DNA of 64,000 nt, from the IMG/VR virus record IMGVR_UViG_3300010347_002030; one strand, given 5' to 3'. Below the pieces are notes generated by a model. The model searched no databases. It worked only from the letters and a program-made list of their open reading frames with translations, and was not told where the DNA came from. Shown here piece after piece: positions 39,748 through 48,733 of this stretch. The translations under genes were made by a program, and so were the position numbers. The stretch's first letter is position 1. The number at the start of each line of letters is the position of its first letter. Source of the stretch: a virus (lineage: Duplodnaviria; Caudoviricetes).

Positions 39748-40452
39748 ATGAACAAAACACTCTTTCAATCAATGGTTCGACGCATCCTCAAAGAGGAAAT
39801 CGAGAAACGTGTGCCTGAAATGAATGGTAATGGTATCGATCCGGAGAACAAAACCAAAATTTTCGCCTCCGATCCAAATTCTCGGGATATGGTGACCAAA
39901 GAAAAGATGGTTGAGGAACTGACCAAGATTGTTGAATCCATTGATAAGACATGGACAGTTGTGTGGGATGATCACGATGACATTACCATCAATGGTGGCG
40001 ATAAAATGAAAGTTCAAATCACGCAACTTTGGGAAGACAATTTCAAAATCATTTACTACCCTCGCTTGGAAGACCGTTTCTTTTTTATTGGATTAACATG
40101 GGAACAAGTGAAAGAGTTTGTTAAACATAATATTGATAAACCCAATCATACTGGAGTTGAAAAGGCTCGTGACAAGTCATGGAGAAACGCAAAGGCTCAA
40201 GACCAGAAAGTTGACAAGGGACTTCCACAAGATAACAAACCAAAAGTGCTTTCGACGGATAAGCCGTTCACCAAAGAAAAGAACAAAGAAAAACGCTATG
40301 TCGAAGACGAAGTAAAGAACGAAAAGGATCTCCCGCATCAACCAATGCGAGAAGTGGACGCACCGAAGAAACAAACCGAACATAAAGTAAAAGATCCCGT
40401 TAAGCTTCGTAAGCGACTACCAGATAAAAAACTCGTCATCAAACAGAGTTAA
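39748..40452 (+). CDS. Late protein with MVRRILKEE motif and K/D/E-rich tail
   Basis: TATTTATA 39732-39739, ATG 39748. Confidence 0.65.
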   Translation: MNKTLFQSMVRRILKEEIEKRVPEMNGNGIDPENKTKIFASDPNSRDMVTKEKMVEELTKIVESIDKTWTVVWDDHDDITINGGDKMKVQITQLWEDNFKIIYYPRLEDRFFFIGLTWEQVKEFVKHNIDKPNHTGVEKARDKSWRNAKAQDQKVDKGLPQDNKPKVLSTDKPFTKEKNKEKRYVEDEVKNEKDLPHQPMREVDAPKKQTEHKVKDPVKLRKRLPDKKLVIKQS

Positions 40453-40481
40453 CCTCTGTTTGAGTAACCAGAACACAACCC

Positions 40482-40512
40482 CAAGGCCCCTATCACAAGG
40501 GGCCTTGTTTTT
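40482..40512 (+). terminator. Intrinsic terminator
   Basis: caaggcccct-atcaca-aggggccttg-ttttt. Confidence 0.8.
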
Positions 40513-40516
40513 GGAA

Positions 40517-40545
40517 TTGACATCTGGTGTTTTTTCTGCTACCGT
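40517..40545 (+). promoter_or_regulatory. Sigma70-like promoter for the AAA/VWA pair
   Basis: TTGACA-17 nt-TACCGT with extended TG; ATG 7 nt downstream. Confidence 0.6.
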
Positions 40546-40552
40546 TTAGAAA

Positions 40553-41479
40553 ATGATACAAAGTCAGATTTCAGATATTCTGGCTCAGGCGCACACACTG
40601 AAACCGAAAGACCTGATTATCAGCGACTTGAAGTGGAAGTATTTGCTTTGGGCCGTTTATCGTCAAAAGAACATTTTGTTTGTTGGGCATACTCGCTGTG
40701 GAAAGACCAAAGCGATTCTCTCAGCCGCAAAAGTTCTGGATAGACCAATTTTTATTTTCAACCTTGGGTCAACGCAAGATGCTCGTGCTACGTTGATTGG
40801 AAATATTGGTTTCAAAAGAGAAAGTGGAACGTATTTTGCGTCTTCCGAGTTTGTTCAAGCCATCCAAACGCCAAATGCGATTGTTTTGCTTGATGAGTTG
40901 ACTCGTGCAAACCACGACGCATGGAATATTCTGATGCCCGTTCTTGACCCAACTCTTCGCTTTCTTCGTCTCGATGAAGAAAAGTCCGAAGTGGTTCATG
41001 TTAAAGAAGTTTGTATAGCGGCAACCGCTAACATTGGTAGTGAATATACCGCAACTAAAGTTTTGGACAAGGCAATGGCCGCACGGTTCCCCGTGAAGGT
41101 TGAAATGTTGCCTTTGAATAGGGATGAACTTCTACATCTTGTGTCGATTCATCATCCGACTTTACCTATAACCAAGGGGTCTCTCATGTGGAATATTTGC
41201 GACATCGCAAACAAGACGGTCGAAGAGTTGAAAAAAGACGAAGCTCGTCTTACTTCACTCATTCCGACAGGTGCGGTAGTCGAAATGGCCCAACTCGCAG
41301 TTGACGGTTTCAATTTAGAGGAAATTGCTGAGATGGCAATATACCCAGACTTCCCAGATGAGGGGGGTGCTGACAGCGAGAGAACATATGTTAAACAAAT
41401 CGTAGAGGGGTATATTCCTAAAAAAGGAGCCAAGAATCCACTCAACGACCCCGCCAATAAGATTGTACCTTTCAAATGA
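40553..41479 (+). CDS. MoxR/CbbQ/NirQ-like AAA+ ATPase
   Basis: GHTRCGKT Walker A, VLLDELTRA Walker B, ATANIG, LDKAMAARF. Confidence 0.9.
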   Translation: MIQSQISDILAQAHTLKPKDLIISDLKWKYLLWAVYRQKNILFVGHTRCGKTKAILSAAKVLDRPIFIFNLGSTQDARATLIGNIGFKRESGTYFASSEFVQAIQTPNAIVLLDELTRANHDAWNILMPVLDPTLRFLRLDEEKSEVVHVKEVCIAATANIGSEYTATKVLDKAMAARFPVKVEMLPLNRDELLHLVSIHHPTLPITKGSLMWNICDIANKTVEELKKDEARLTSLIPTGAVVEMAQLAVDGFNLEEIAEMAIYPDFPDEGGADSERTYVKQIVEGYIPKKGAKNPLNDPANKIVPFK

Positions 41480-43701
41480 GTGACAATCCGATTTATTCGG
41501 ATTTTTGGCTGGATAAGGAGAAGTACTCGGATTATATTGACCCGAGTCCTGAAAACAAAGACCAAGCGTTTTCAATTGACCTTATTCAGTTAGCTTCGGT
41601 TCGGAGAATCATCTCGAATTACGTGGATATTCTCACGGGAACTTCTGTACCCGTTTTTTTCAAAGCCGCTGGCGACAGTTATAATGTTGGTGGGAAAGAA
41701 ATTTACATAACCACAGCCATTAAACGGCGAAAAGATTTCGACCAAGCAGTCGGATTGGCGTTGCATGAAGCTGCCCACACCCTGCTCACTGATTTTGATC
41801 TTGCCAGAAGTATTCCGTTTAGAACTCCAAAAGTCATTTGGGAGTTCGGTAGAAAAAACAATATCAAAAAACAGACATTGGAAAAGTTCCTCAAGACAAT
41901 GTTTAACATCATTGAGGATTGGTATATTGACGATTGGGTAATTTCTCGTGTGCCGGGATATTTGGGTTATTACGAAGCGTCTTACAACGTCTGTTTTAAT
42001 ACACCGACAATTGACCAATTGCTTTTGAGCAATGAATATCGATTTCCGAGTCTTGCTTCTTATGAGTTTCGTATTATCAATTTTCCAAACCCTCTTACTG
42101 ATCTTCAAGCTTTACCGGGATTGGAAGAAATTGCAAAAACCATTGGTATTTCGTCGATTTCTCGGTTGACGACAACAAAGGATAGGATTGCGGTCATGTT
42201 CAAAGTGGTGGAATTGGTTTTGGAAAATATTCAACAGTATCACGAGAAATTGCTTCCGCAGGCAACTCAGGGAAAACAAGGAAAACCACGATTGAACGTT
42301 GATGTCTTTTTTCAACCACAAAAAAACCCAAAAAAAGAAAAAGATCCAAACGGAAACCAATCGGGTCAGAAGGGAGACTCGGACAATGACTCGATTTCTG
42401 GAGGGGGCGATAAACAAGATCAAGCCAATCAAAACGACCAAAAGAGTCAAGAACCGAAAAACAAATCGGATAGTGACAAGACGATTCAGGACATTGTTGA
42501 TACGTTAGGCGATAGGCCAAAACAGCCCGATGATGAAAATAAGGCAATGGCATCTCAGGTTAGCAAATCGGCTGAAAAAGAACTTCCAAAGGAAATTATC
42601 AAAGCCGTCGAACAACAAATTCAGTACGTCCACGGAAACCATACGAAAGAAGAACTCAATCCCGTTCAGAAAAACATGCTGGACTTGATTGAGAAACATG
42701 GTATTATTTTGGTTTACGTCCCGGTGGCTATTCAGGGAAACGAAACTGCATTTCGTGTGGGCTGTATCGTGGTTAAAAAGTTAACAATGGATTTGATTAT
42801 GGCGGGTCCAGACGTATTCCCAATGTCTAATTTTTGGAAGGATATCAATGGAAAAATTCAACCAGATGCAGAGACAGCCAAAGCGGTTCAAAAAGGAATA
42901 CAGCTTGGGACGAAGCTTGGTAAGCGTCTTATTATTCGAAGAGAGTCAAGTAATTTTCGAGAGATCAGAAAGAAACGTGGTAAAATAAACAAGCGGCTTC
43001 TTTTCTCGGCTGGTTTCGATGCCGAAGATATTTTTGAGAAGATTCGAGTCTCTAAATATACTCGTGGAAGCTTGCACATTACTGTGGATGCCAGCACTTC
43101 AATGACTGGAGAGAAATGGCATGAAACGATTTCCATGTGTGTGGCTATTTGTAAGGCAACCTCCATGGTGGACAATATTCACGTTACGGTTTCGTTCAGA
43201 GCTACCAAGAACGCTCATGGTGTGGAGATGCCTTACATTGTTCAAGCCTACGATTCTAAAACAGATAAATTTTCAAAAGTCAAAAACCTATTCAGGTATT
43301 TGAAACCCTGTGGTTGTACTCCCGAAGGATTGGCATTTGGGGCTATTATGGACCTCTTTACTGAGGCAGTTCCAGATGAAGAAGACAGATACTTTTTGAA
43401 TATTTCAGACGGGGAACCTTATTTCCAAATGAAGTCTCCCCTGACTGGAACAACATTTTTTTATGGGGATGGTAATGGGGTTGAACATACTAGAAATCAA
43501 ATAAACAAAATTCGTCGTTGCGGTGTACATATTCTTAGTTACTATGTTCAATCTGAGTGTTATTCATCCGTTTTAGGAAAAGATCATGACACCAAAAGAA
43601 ATTTCCAACTCATGTATGGGAAAGACGCTCGATTTATAAAAACGGATAGTGTGATTGCATTGGCTAAAACGATCAATGAACTTTTTCTACAGACACACTA
43701 A
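41476..43701 (+). CDS. VWA-domain partner protein with N-terminal HExxH motif
   Basis: ALHEAAH, NIIEDWYID, acidic linker, MIDAS VDASTSM...TPEG...ISDG. Confidence 0.85.
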   Translation: MSDNPIYSDFWLDKEKYSDYIDPSPENKDQAFSIDLIQLASVRRIISNYVDILTGTSVPVFFKAAGDSYNVGGKEIYITTAIKRRKDFDQAVGLALHEAAHTLLTDFDLARSIPFRTPKVIWEFGRKNNIKKQTLEKFLKTMFNIIEDWYIDDWVISRVPGYLGYYEASYNVCFNTPTIDQLLLSNEYRFPSLASYEFRIINFPNPLTDLQALPGLEEIAKTIGISSISRLTTTKDRIAVMFKVVELVLENIQQYHEKLLPQATQGKQGKPRLNVDVFFQPQKNPKKEKDPNGNQSGQKGDSDNDSISGGGDKQDQANQNDQKSQEPKNKSDSDKTIQDIVDTLGDRPKQPDDENKAMASQVSKSAEKELPKEIIKAVEQQIQYVHGNHTKEELNPVQKNMLDLIEKHGIILVYVPVAIQGNETAFRVGCIVVKKLTMDLIMAGPDVFPMSNFWKDINGKIQPDAETAKAVQKGIQLGTKLGKRLIIRRESSNFREIRKKRGKINKRLLFSAGFDAEDIFEKIRVSKYTRGSLHITVDASTSMTGEKWHETISMCVAICKATSMVDNIHVTVSFRATKNAHGVEMPYIVQAYDSKTDKFSKVKNLFRYLKPCGCTPEGLAFGAIMDLFTEAVPDEEDRYFLNISDGEPYFQMKSPLTGTTFFYGDGNGVEHTRNQINKIRRCGVHILSYYVQSECYSSVLGKDHDTKRNFQLMYGKDARFIKTDSVIALAKTINELFLQTH

Positions 43702-43707
43702 AAAGTC

Positions 43708-43736
43708 TTGACATTTTATAGGGTTTGTGGTAGATT
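43708..43736 (+). promoter_or_regulatory. Sigma70-like promoter
   Basis: TTGACA-17 nt-TAGATT with extended TG. Confidence 0.6.
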
Positions 43737-43798
43737 CATCAGCGACAATTGTAAAGTACGATTATCCTTAACAAAATAACCTCAGTAAAGTGAAGTTT

Positions 43799-44161
43799 AT
43801 GAATAAAAAAACAGAACGAAAAAACAAAACCAATCTCGTAGTTGAATGGCCAAAAACTCCATTTTTCACGATTATTGATGATCTTTTTGAATTGAATAAA
43901 GACGCTAAGCATATTACGCTTCGTGTTCGTTTGAACAAAGAGATTGAAGCAGGGCGAATCGCCGAAATTGGCTGTAAGACGGGAGAACAGGGAAGACCCA
44001 AGAAAGTGTATGCGTTTACACCTGTTCCTCAATCTACGTTAGATTTGGCTCGTCAACAAAATATCACCCTTGTTGACCAAAGCCGTCTCCAAAAGTTGGT
44101 GGCCGTTCCAGCAGTTTCTCCTTCATTAGTAACCCCACGTTCACAACCAGTCACGGCTTAA
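43799..44161 (+). CDS. Small winged-HTH-like DNA-binding protein
   Basis: FTIIDDL...HITLRVRLNKEIEAGRI...GRPKKVY wing motif. Confidence 0.55.
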   Translation: MNKKTERKNKTNLVVEWPKTPFFTIIDDLFELNKDAKHITLRVRLNKEIEAGRIAEIGCKTGEQGRPKKVYAFTPVPQSTLDLARQQNITLVDQSRLQKLVAVPAVSPSLVTPRSQPVTA

Positions 44162-44183
44162 ATAATTCCCTCAAATATCATAG

Positions 44184-44405
44184 ATGAAAAAACGTAAGAC
44201 TTCAAAATCTCTTCCATCTTCCCTAATTGCACTTAATATCTACGGCATATGGTCGAAGGAAGATAAACGAATCATCTTCGTCGGCCTAAATCAGGAAGAG
44301 GTTGAGGCAGAATATGAGTTTGAGGCGTATAACGAGGAAACTCATGTTATGGTTCAGATGATTACTTATTACGATATTAGTAATTTGGAATCACAAGCTC
44401 CGTAG
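44184..44405 (+). CDS. Hypothetical protein
   Basis: 73 aa ORF. Confidence 0.45.
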   Translation: MKKRKTSKSLPSSLIALNIYGIWSKEDKRIIFVGLNQEEVEAEYEFEAYNEETHVMVQMITYYDISNLESQAP

Positions 44406-44682
44406 GTTTTCCTTTGATTGGGTCTCCTTGTCGTTTGAGTTCTCCGTTGTCTTGAATACGATATATGAAGAGAGTGATTTCTTTCACGTTCTTGTCAAGT
44501 AACGTTACGAGCTTTTTAGGATCAGTTATCGCTACACGAACAAGGTTCTTGTTACCAAAGATGATAGCTTCATCCCATTGGGAATCAAACAATACCGCAT
44601 CCGTTCCAAGGAATATCATGTGAAAGGTATCCCCTTGTACATTATTCTTTTTGGAAGGGTTCAAAACTCGCTTAACAAGCAT
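44377..44682 (-). CDS. Hypothetical late protein
   Basis: ATG 44682 lies 3 nt after a minus-strand TATTTATA (44686-44693). Confidence 0.55.
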   Translation of the reverse strand: MLVKRVLNPSKKNNVQGDTFHMIFLGTDAVLFDSQWDEAIIFGNKNLVRVAITDPKKLVTLLDKNVKEITLFIYRIQDNGELKRQGDPIKGKPTELVIPNY

Positions 44683-44755
44683 AGATATAAATAGTGTAAA
44701 AAGTTGATGTTTTAGCTCTTTCATGATATACATATCAACAATGAAGTGACCAAGT

Positions 44756-44914
44756 ATGGGTAAAACATTTAGAAGAAACGAAGGTCGCCGTCCAAAGTGG
44801 AACAAACGTGGGAAGAAACCCCACAAAATCCGTGAGTTTGAAGACGAGCGTCACAAAAAACCAACACATTATCTCCCTCCGTTGCCACCAGACGAAGATG
44901 ATGAAATGACCTAA
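44756..44914 (+). CDS. Small basic protein (52 aa; not in ORF track)
   Basis: MGKTFRRNEGRRPKWNKRGKKPHKIREFEDERHKKPTHYLPPLPPDEDDEMT. Confidence 0.5.
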   Translation: MGKTFRRNEGRRPKWNKRGKKPHKIREFEDERHKKPTHYLPPLPPDEDDEMT

Positions 44915-44927
44915 CCAGAAATCCAAG

Positions 44928-45221
44928 ATGCTGGCGTTGATTTTCATAGGGGTTTTTTTGTTACTTGGATTGGGTGGTTATCTAATCTGGGCAATGCAAC
45001 AAAAACTAGAGAAGGTGGCTCAACAAGTACTTGAACTATCTTCAAAGGTCAGATCTGGAGAAGATGTCATCGCAGACAATTTTGAAATAGTCGAAAAACG
45101 TTTCGCAAAACTGGACCATGAAATCAAAGAAGGCCGAAACTTCCGGCCAAACACCAAAGCAGCGATTAAAGCCGCAAGGCTCCAAAAAGCAAGAGAGCAA
45201 CTCCAAGCTAGGTCTATTTGA
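44928..45221 (+). CDS. Membrane-anchored coiled-coil protein
   Basis: N-terminal TM segment then heptads. Confidence 0.55.
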   Translation: MLALIFIGVFLLLGLGGYLIWAMQQKLEKVAQQVLELSSKVRSGEDVIADNFEIVEKRFAKLDHEIKEGRNFRPNTKAAIKAARLQKAREQLQARSI

Positions 45222-45654
45222 CCATGTAAAGCATATTCGGGGAGTTCAAGACCCGAAATACTTTGAGAATCTTTCAGAAGAAAACCGGAAGTCATTCAAT
45301 CACTTCATGCTTCTTAGGGCCTTGGCAATGGATGATGATATCGTCCAAGATATGGCATTTCTTTATCGTTATTTTCATCTCATTCCTTCACCTCAGTTCT
45401 ACAAGGTTCTAATTGCTCTCACGCCAAAGCAAAACAAATGGGTTCCTTGGATTAAAACCAAGGTAGTGAAACATAATCCAGATCTCTTGGCACTTGTTGC
45501 GAAAACTTATGATGTTTCAAAACGGCAAGCAAATGAATATATCAACGTTCTCACTGCTACTGATGAGGGACTGGAAAAGTTAATCGAACTTTGTCAGGCA
45601 ATGGGACTAAGTGATTCAGAAATCGAAAAACTGTTTGATAAAAAGGAAGCATGA
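45118..45654 (+). CDS. Clamp loader small subunit (gp62-like)
   Basis: LFDHVKHI...SFNHFMLLRALAM...QFYKVL...PK..KWVPWIK...YDVSKRQANEYI pattern. Confidence 0.7.
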   Translation: MKSKKAETSGQTPKQRLKPQGSKKQESNSKLGLFDHVKHIRGVQDPKYFENLSEENRKSFNHFMLLRALAMDDDIVQDMAFLYRYFHLIPSPQFYKVLIALTPKQNKWVPWIKTKVVKHNPDLLALVAKTYDVSKRQANEYINVLTATDEGLEKLIELCQAMGLSDSEIEKLFDKKEA

Positions 45655-46304
45655 AAATTATCGGAGTAGCTGGATATGCACGAGCAGGCAAGGATACGTT
45701 TACGTCCATTGCTTTAGACATCCTAAATAAAAACGGTATTAAAGCCAAACAATACAGTTTCGCTGAGACATTAAAAGAGGAAGTGAAAGAGTTCCTTCAA
45801 AAGAATTGTGGTGTGGATGTTTATACACAGGATACCGAACTTAAAAAAGACATTCGAGATTTTCTTGTGTGGTATGGAACTACGTTCTGGCGAAAACGTG
45901 ATCCGAACCGTTGGATTCGTAGGGTTGACAGCCAACTGAAATCCGATGGTAATGCGATTGACATTGCAATCGTTTCAGATGTTCGCTACTCTAATGAATG
46001 TGAATGGATCCATTCTTGGGGTGGTTATTTGGTTCATATCACTGCTTATAGAATGTGCAGTGGGACGCAATACGATTCGGCTGGACGGAGGGTTGAACAT
46101 CGAGAATGGAGACAGTATTATGATGCTCCAAACGAACAAGAACGTATTAACGACCCTTTGGTAAAAGCACAAGCGGATTATAAATTGGAATGGCCAGTGA
46201 AAGGATTGGGTCTAAAGGAAGCTGTGGCTGATACCGAATTGAGAATAGAAGTTCTCAAAGCATTAAACGCAAATTCGTGGTTTAACGCCGTATTGACCCT
46301 ATAA
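45651..46304 (+). CDS. Deoxynucleoside monophosphate kinase (gp1-like)
   Basis: IIGVAGYARAGKDT, SFAETLKE, RDFLVWYGT, VSDVRYSNE. Confidence 0.85.
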   Translation: MKIIGVAGYARAGKDTFTSIALDILNKNGIKAKQYSFAETLKEEVKEFLQKNCGVDVYTQDTELKKDIRDFLVWYGTTFWRKRDPNRWIRRVDSQLKSDGNAIDIAIVSDVRYSNECEWIHSWGGYLVHITAYRMCSGTQYDSAGRRVEHREWRQYYDAPNEQERINDPLVKAQADYKLEWPVKGLGLKEAVADTELRIEVLKALNANSWFNAVLTL

Positions 46305-46572
46305 CAATTCCGTCTTGATAAAAGGTAATTCCATGTCCCTGAGCGTAAGTTAGGAACTGAGGGGCAAATAATTTTGTGATAGTTCCTACGGCTCTGGCAT
46401 AAAGAGCTTTGCAATTGTTGTACACTTTTTGGCGGTCGTTTGCTTTCCAACAATTACATCCTCTTTCATAATCCATCACACAAATACAAGTGGCTTCGAT
46501 GTCTTTGTGAAGGGAACGGAACCCATGAGCATCGACATAGTTTCTGAATTCTGTAACGTTTTTGATGTCCAT
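46282..46572 (-). CDS. Hypothetical protein (Cys-containing)
   Basis: ATG 46572 immediately after the upstream stop. Confidence 0.55.
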   Translation of the reverse strand: MDIKNVTEFRNYVDAHGFRSLHKDIEATCICVMDYERGCNCWKANDRQKVYNNCKALYARAVGTITKLFAPQFLTYAQGHGITFYQDGIVIGSIRR

Positions 46573-46573
46573 T

Positions 46574-46918
46574 TTAGCTAAGAAGTTTGTGGATGATCCC
46601 AAAGAGAATAAGACCTCCGATAAAGGATACTGGAAATATTGAGAGTTTCATAAACAATATCGCATTGATCATTGCGAGCCACATGGCCATGCAAATAGGA
46701 CAGGTGAGAAGTCTAATTATAAAACAATTGTGATACTGTCGAAGGTAGCCGTGATAGGTTAGAGAAACATCATCTTTTTTCTTCTCGTCGTAATCTTTGT
46801 ATTGGGAAATTCTGTTCAGTCCGAATAAACGGCAGTACTCAACATATGCCTCGGTTCTAAACCAAACAATCAGAAATAAGGATACAACGGAACTCGATAT
46901 TAAGATTGTTGCAATCAT
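46574..46918 (-). CDS. Small membrane protein (DUF1360-like CPxC motif)
   Basis: Hydrophobic segments with LLTCPICMAMW. Confidence 0.6.
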   Translation of the reverse strand: MIATILISSSVVSLFLIVWFRTEAYVEYCRLFGLNRISQYKDYDEKKKDDVSLTYHGYLRQYHNCFIIRLLTCPICMAMWLAMINAILFMKLSIFPVSFIGGLILFGIIHKLLS

Positions 46919-46921
46919 ATC

Positions 46922-48136
46922 TCATGAACTACCCACCCGCTCAAGCAGGTGGGTTTCCGCCCCAACCAACTGCCCGTTATTTCTAACAGGTCTTACGTCA
47001 GGACAGGCGACTAACCCCGTAGTTCCTACGGTTAAATTTAATCCTTGTCTCAGGATGTTTCGTGAAGCATTCAAATCTCTATCCAGTAGAGTTTGGCATC
47101 GTGGGCATTCCCATTCTCTCATATTCAATGAGAGATTTTCGTTAATATGTCCACAATGAGAGCAGGTTTTGGATGATGGAAAAAATCTATCTATTTTTAT
47201 TACTTTCCGACCATACCATCTTGCTTTATAGGTCAACTGCCTCACAAGTTCTCCCCAAGAAGCATCTCCAATGGATTTGGACAGACAACGATTTGCCATC
47301 ATATTCTTCACGGACAAATCCTCCAGACAAATTACTTGGTTTTCGTTAATCAGTTTGGATGTGATTTGGTGAAGGTGATTATGACGGATGTTGGCAATCT
47401 TCACTTGGAGTTTGCCGACTTTCAATCTTGCCTTGTCTCTGCCTTTGGAACCTTTCTTGGTTCTACTCAACGCTTGTTGTCTTGTCTTTAATAGTTTCTC
47501 ATACTTTTTGGTGGTCTTAATGTTAGGAAATTGTTGTCCATCGGAACATTGGACAAGAGATTTAATGCCTAAATCTATGCCAATAATCTTGTCTGCTTTG
47601 GGTTTGTGTTCAATGGTTCGGGTCACTCCGATACAGGCATAATACTGACCTGCTTTGTTCTTGGTGATTGTGGCATAGTTAATCTCACCTTTTACAGGTC
47701 TATGCTGGTCAATTCGGATGCCTTCCTTAAACTTTGGAAAGTATATCCTTCCATCTTCAATCGTAACAAATTGGGGAACACGAAATGACTGTTTGTTCTT
47801 CTTGGACTTAAATCGTGGAAACCTTGCCAGTTTCTTAAAGAACCTATTGTATGCTCCATCGAGATGCTTAATGGCGTGTTGAAGTGATTGGGCATTACAT
47901 TCATTCAACCATTTAGTTTCCTCTTTGGATTTGATTTGAGTTAGTTCCTTTGCCATGTCCACATAGGTTAATGTTTTCTTGGCAAGTTGTTTCTCTTTCG
48001 CTTCCAAGTAGAACTTGGTCTTACGGTCAAGGAATAGATTATACACATAACGAATGCTTCCGAAGTGTTTGGACAACAGAACTTCCTGCTCCTTAGTCGG
48101 AGTTAGGCGAAGTTTGTATGTATAATCCTGCTTCAT
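46922..48136 (-). CDS. tnpB: RNA-guided endonuclease TnpB
   Basis: HTH N-terminus, RuvC IGIDLG / ICLEDL / DRDLNAS all intact, Zn finger CSHC...CPRC. Confidence 0.95.
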   Translation of the reverse strand: MKQDYTYKLRLTPTKEQEVLLSKHFGSIRYVYNLFLDRKTKFYLEAKEKQLAKKTLTYVDMAKELTQIKSKEETKWLNECNAQSLQHAIKHLDGAYNRFFKKLARFPRFKSKKNKQSFRVPQFVTIEDGRIYFPKFKEGIRIDQHRPVKGEINYATITKNKAGQYYACIGVTRTIEHKPKADKIIGIDLGIKSLVQCSDGQQFPNIKTTKKYEKLLKTRQQALSRTKKGSKGRDKARLKVGKLQVKIANIRHNHLHQITSKLINENQVICLEDLSVKNMMANRCLSKSIGDASWGELVRQLTYKARWYGRKVIKIDRFFPSSKTCSHCGHINENLSLNMREWECPRCQTLLDRDLNASRNILRQGLNLTVGTTGLVACPDVRPVRNNGQLVGAETHLLERVGSS

Positions 48137-48641
48137 CCTTGGGTCTTGATGTATTCCAAAATGGTTTGGGTAGATACGTCTCCCGTAGAGCAGACAAAGT
48201 ATCCGTCCGACCAGAATACGTGTTTCTTCCAGAAGTGTTGTTTCAACTCATTGGAATGATGCTTCCATATATTCCAAGTCGTCTCTTGTTTGAGATATTG
48301 GACTAAGGAAGTTGGAGACAGAGTAGGTGGAACATCAACTAACAGATGGATGTGGTCTTTATCGGTATTCATCATATCCACAATCACATCATTCTTTTTA
48401 CAAACATCCATACAGAACTGCTTAATATCGTCGTCAATTGCTCCTGTGAGGATTGCCTTACGATATTTCACTACAAATACGATGTGTAGTTTCAACAGAT
48501 ACTTACATCGGTTCTTTGTATGGTATTTCTTTATTCTACTCATACATATATTCCAGAAGTAGAAAGAGTATAACTATTTTCACCTTTCTTTACTGGTCGC
48601 ATTCATCCCATCCGCTGAAAGCAGATGGGTTTTCTGCTCCC
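46925..48641 (-). mobile_element. IS200/IS605-family element (tnpA+tnpB)
   Basis: Left end follows TTGAC with hairpin cccatctgct-ttc-agcggatggg; right-end hairpin acccacctgct-tg-agcgggtgggt followed by AGTTCA; boundary uncertain by 1 nt. Confidence 0.88.
48133..48543 (-). CDS. tnpA: Y1 HUH transposase TnpA
   Basis: HIVFVVKYRK, DKDHIHLL, FWSDGYF, EYIKTQ. Confidence 0.95.
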   Translation of the reverse strand: MSRIKKYHTKNRCKYLLKLHIVFVVKYRKAILTGAIDDDIKQFCMDVCKKNDVIVDMMNTDKDHIHLLVDVPPTLSPTSLVQYLKQETTWNIWKHHSNELKQHFWKKHVFWSDGYFVCSTGDVSTQTILEYIKTQG

Positions 48642-48733
48642 GTCAAAGATAAATATCATTTGGCCTCATCAAAAAGAAATACTAGTTCTGATTTTCACTA
48701 CCAATAGACTAGCTGATTTTCTCAAAAACTTTC

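Noticed and set aside
40553-41479. CobS cobalamin-biosynthesis call
   Set aside because: Generic MoxR-type ATPase with a VWA partner and no other cob genes in the window
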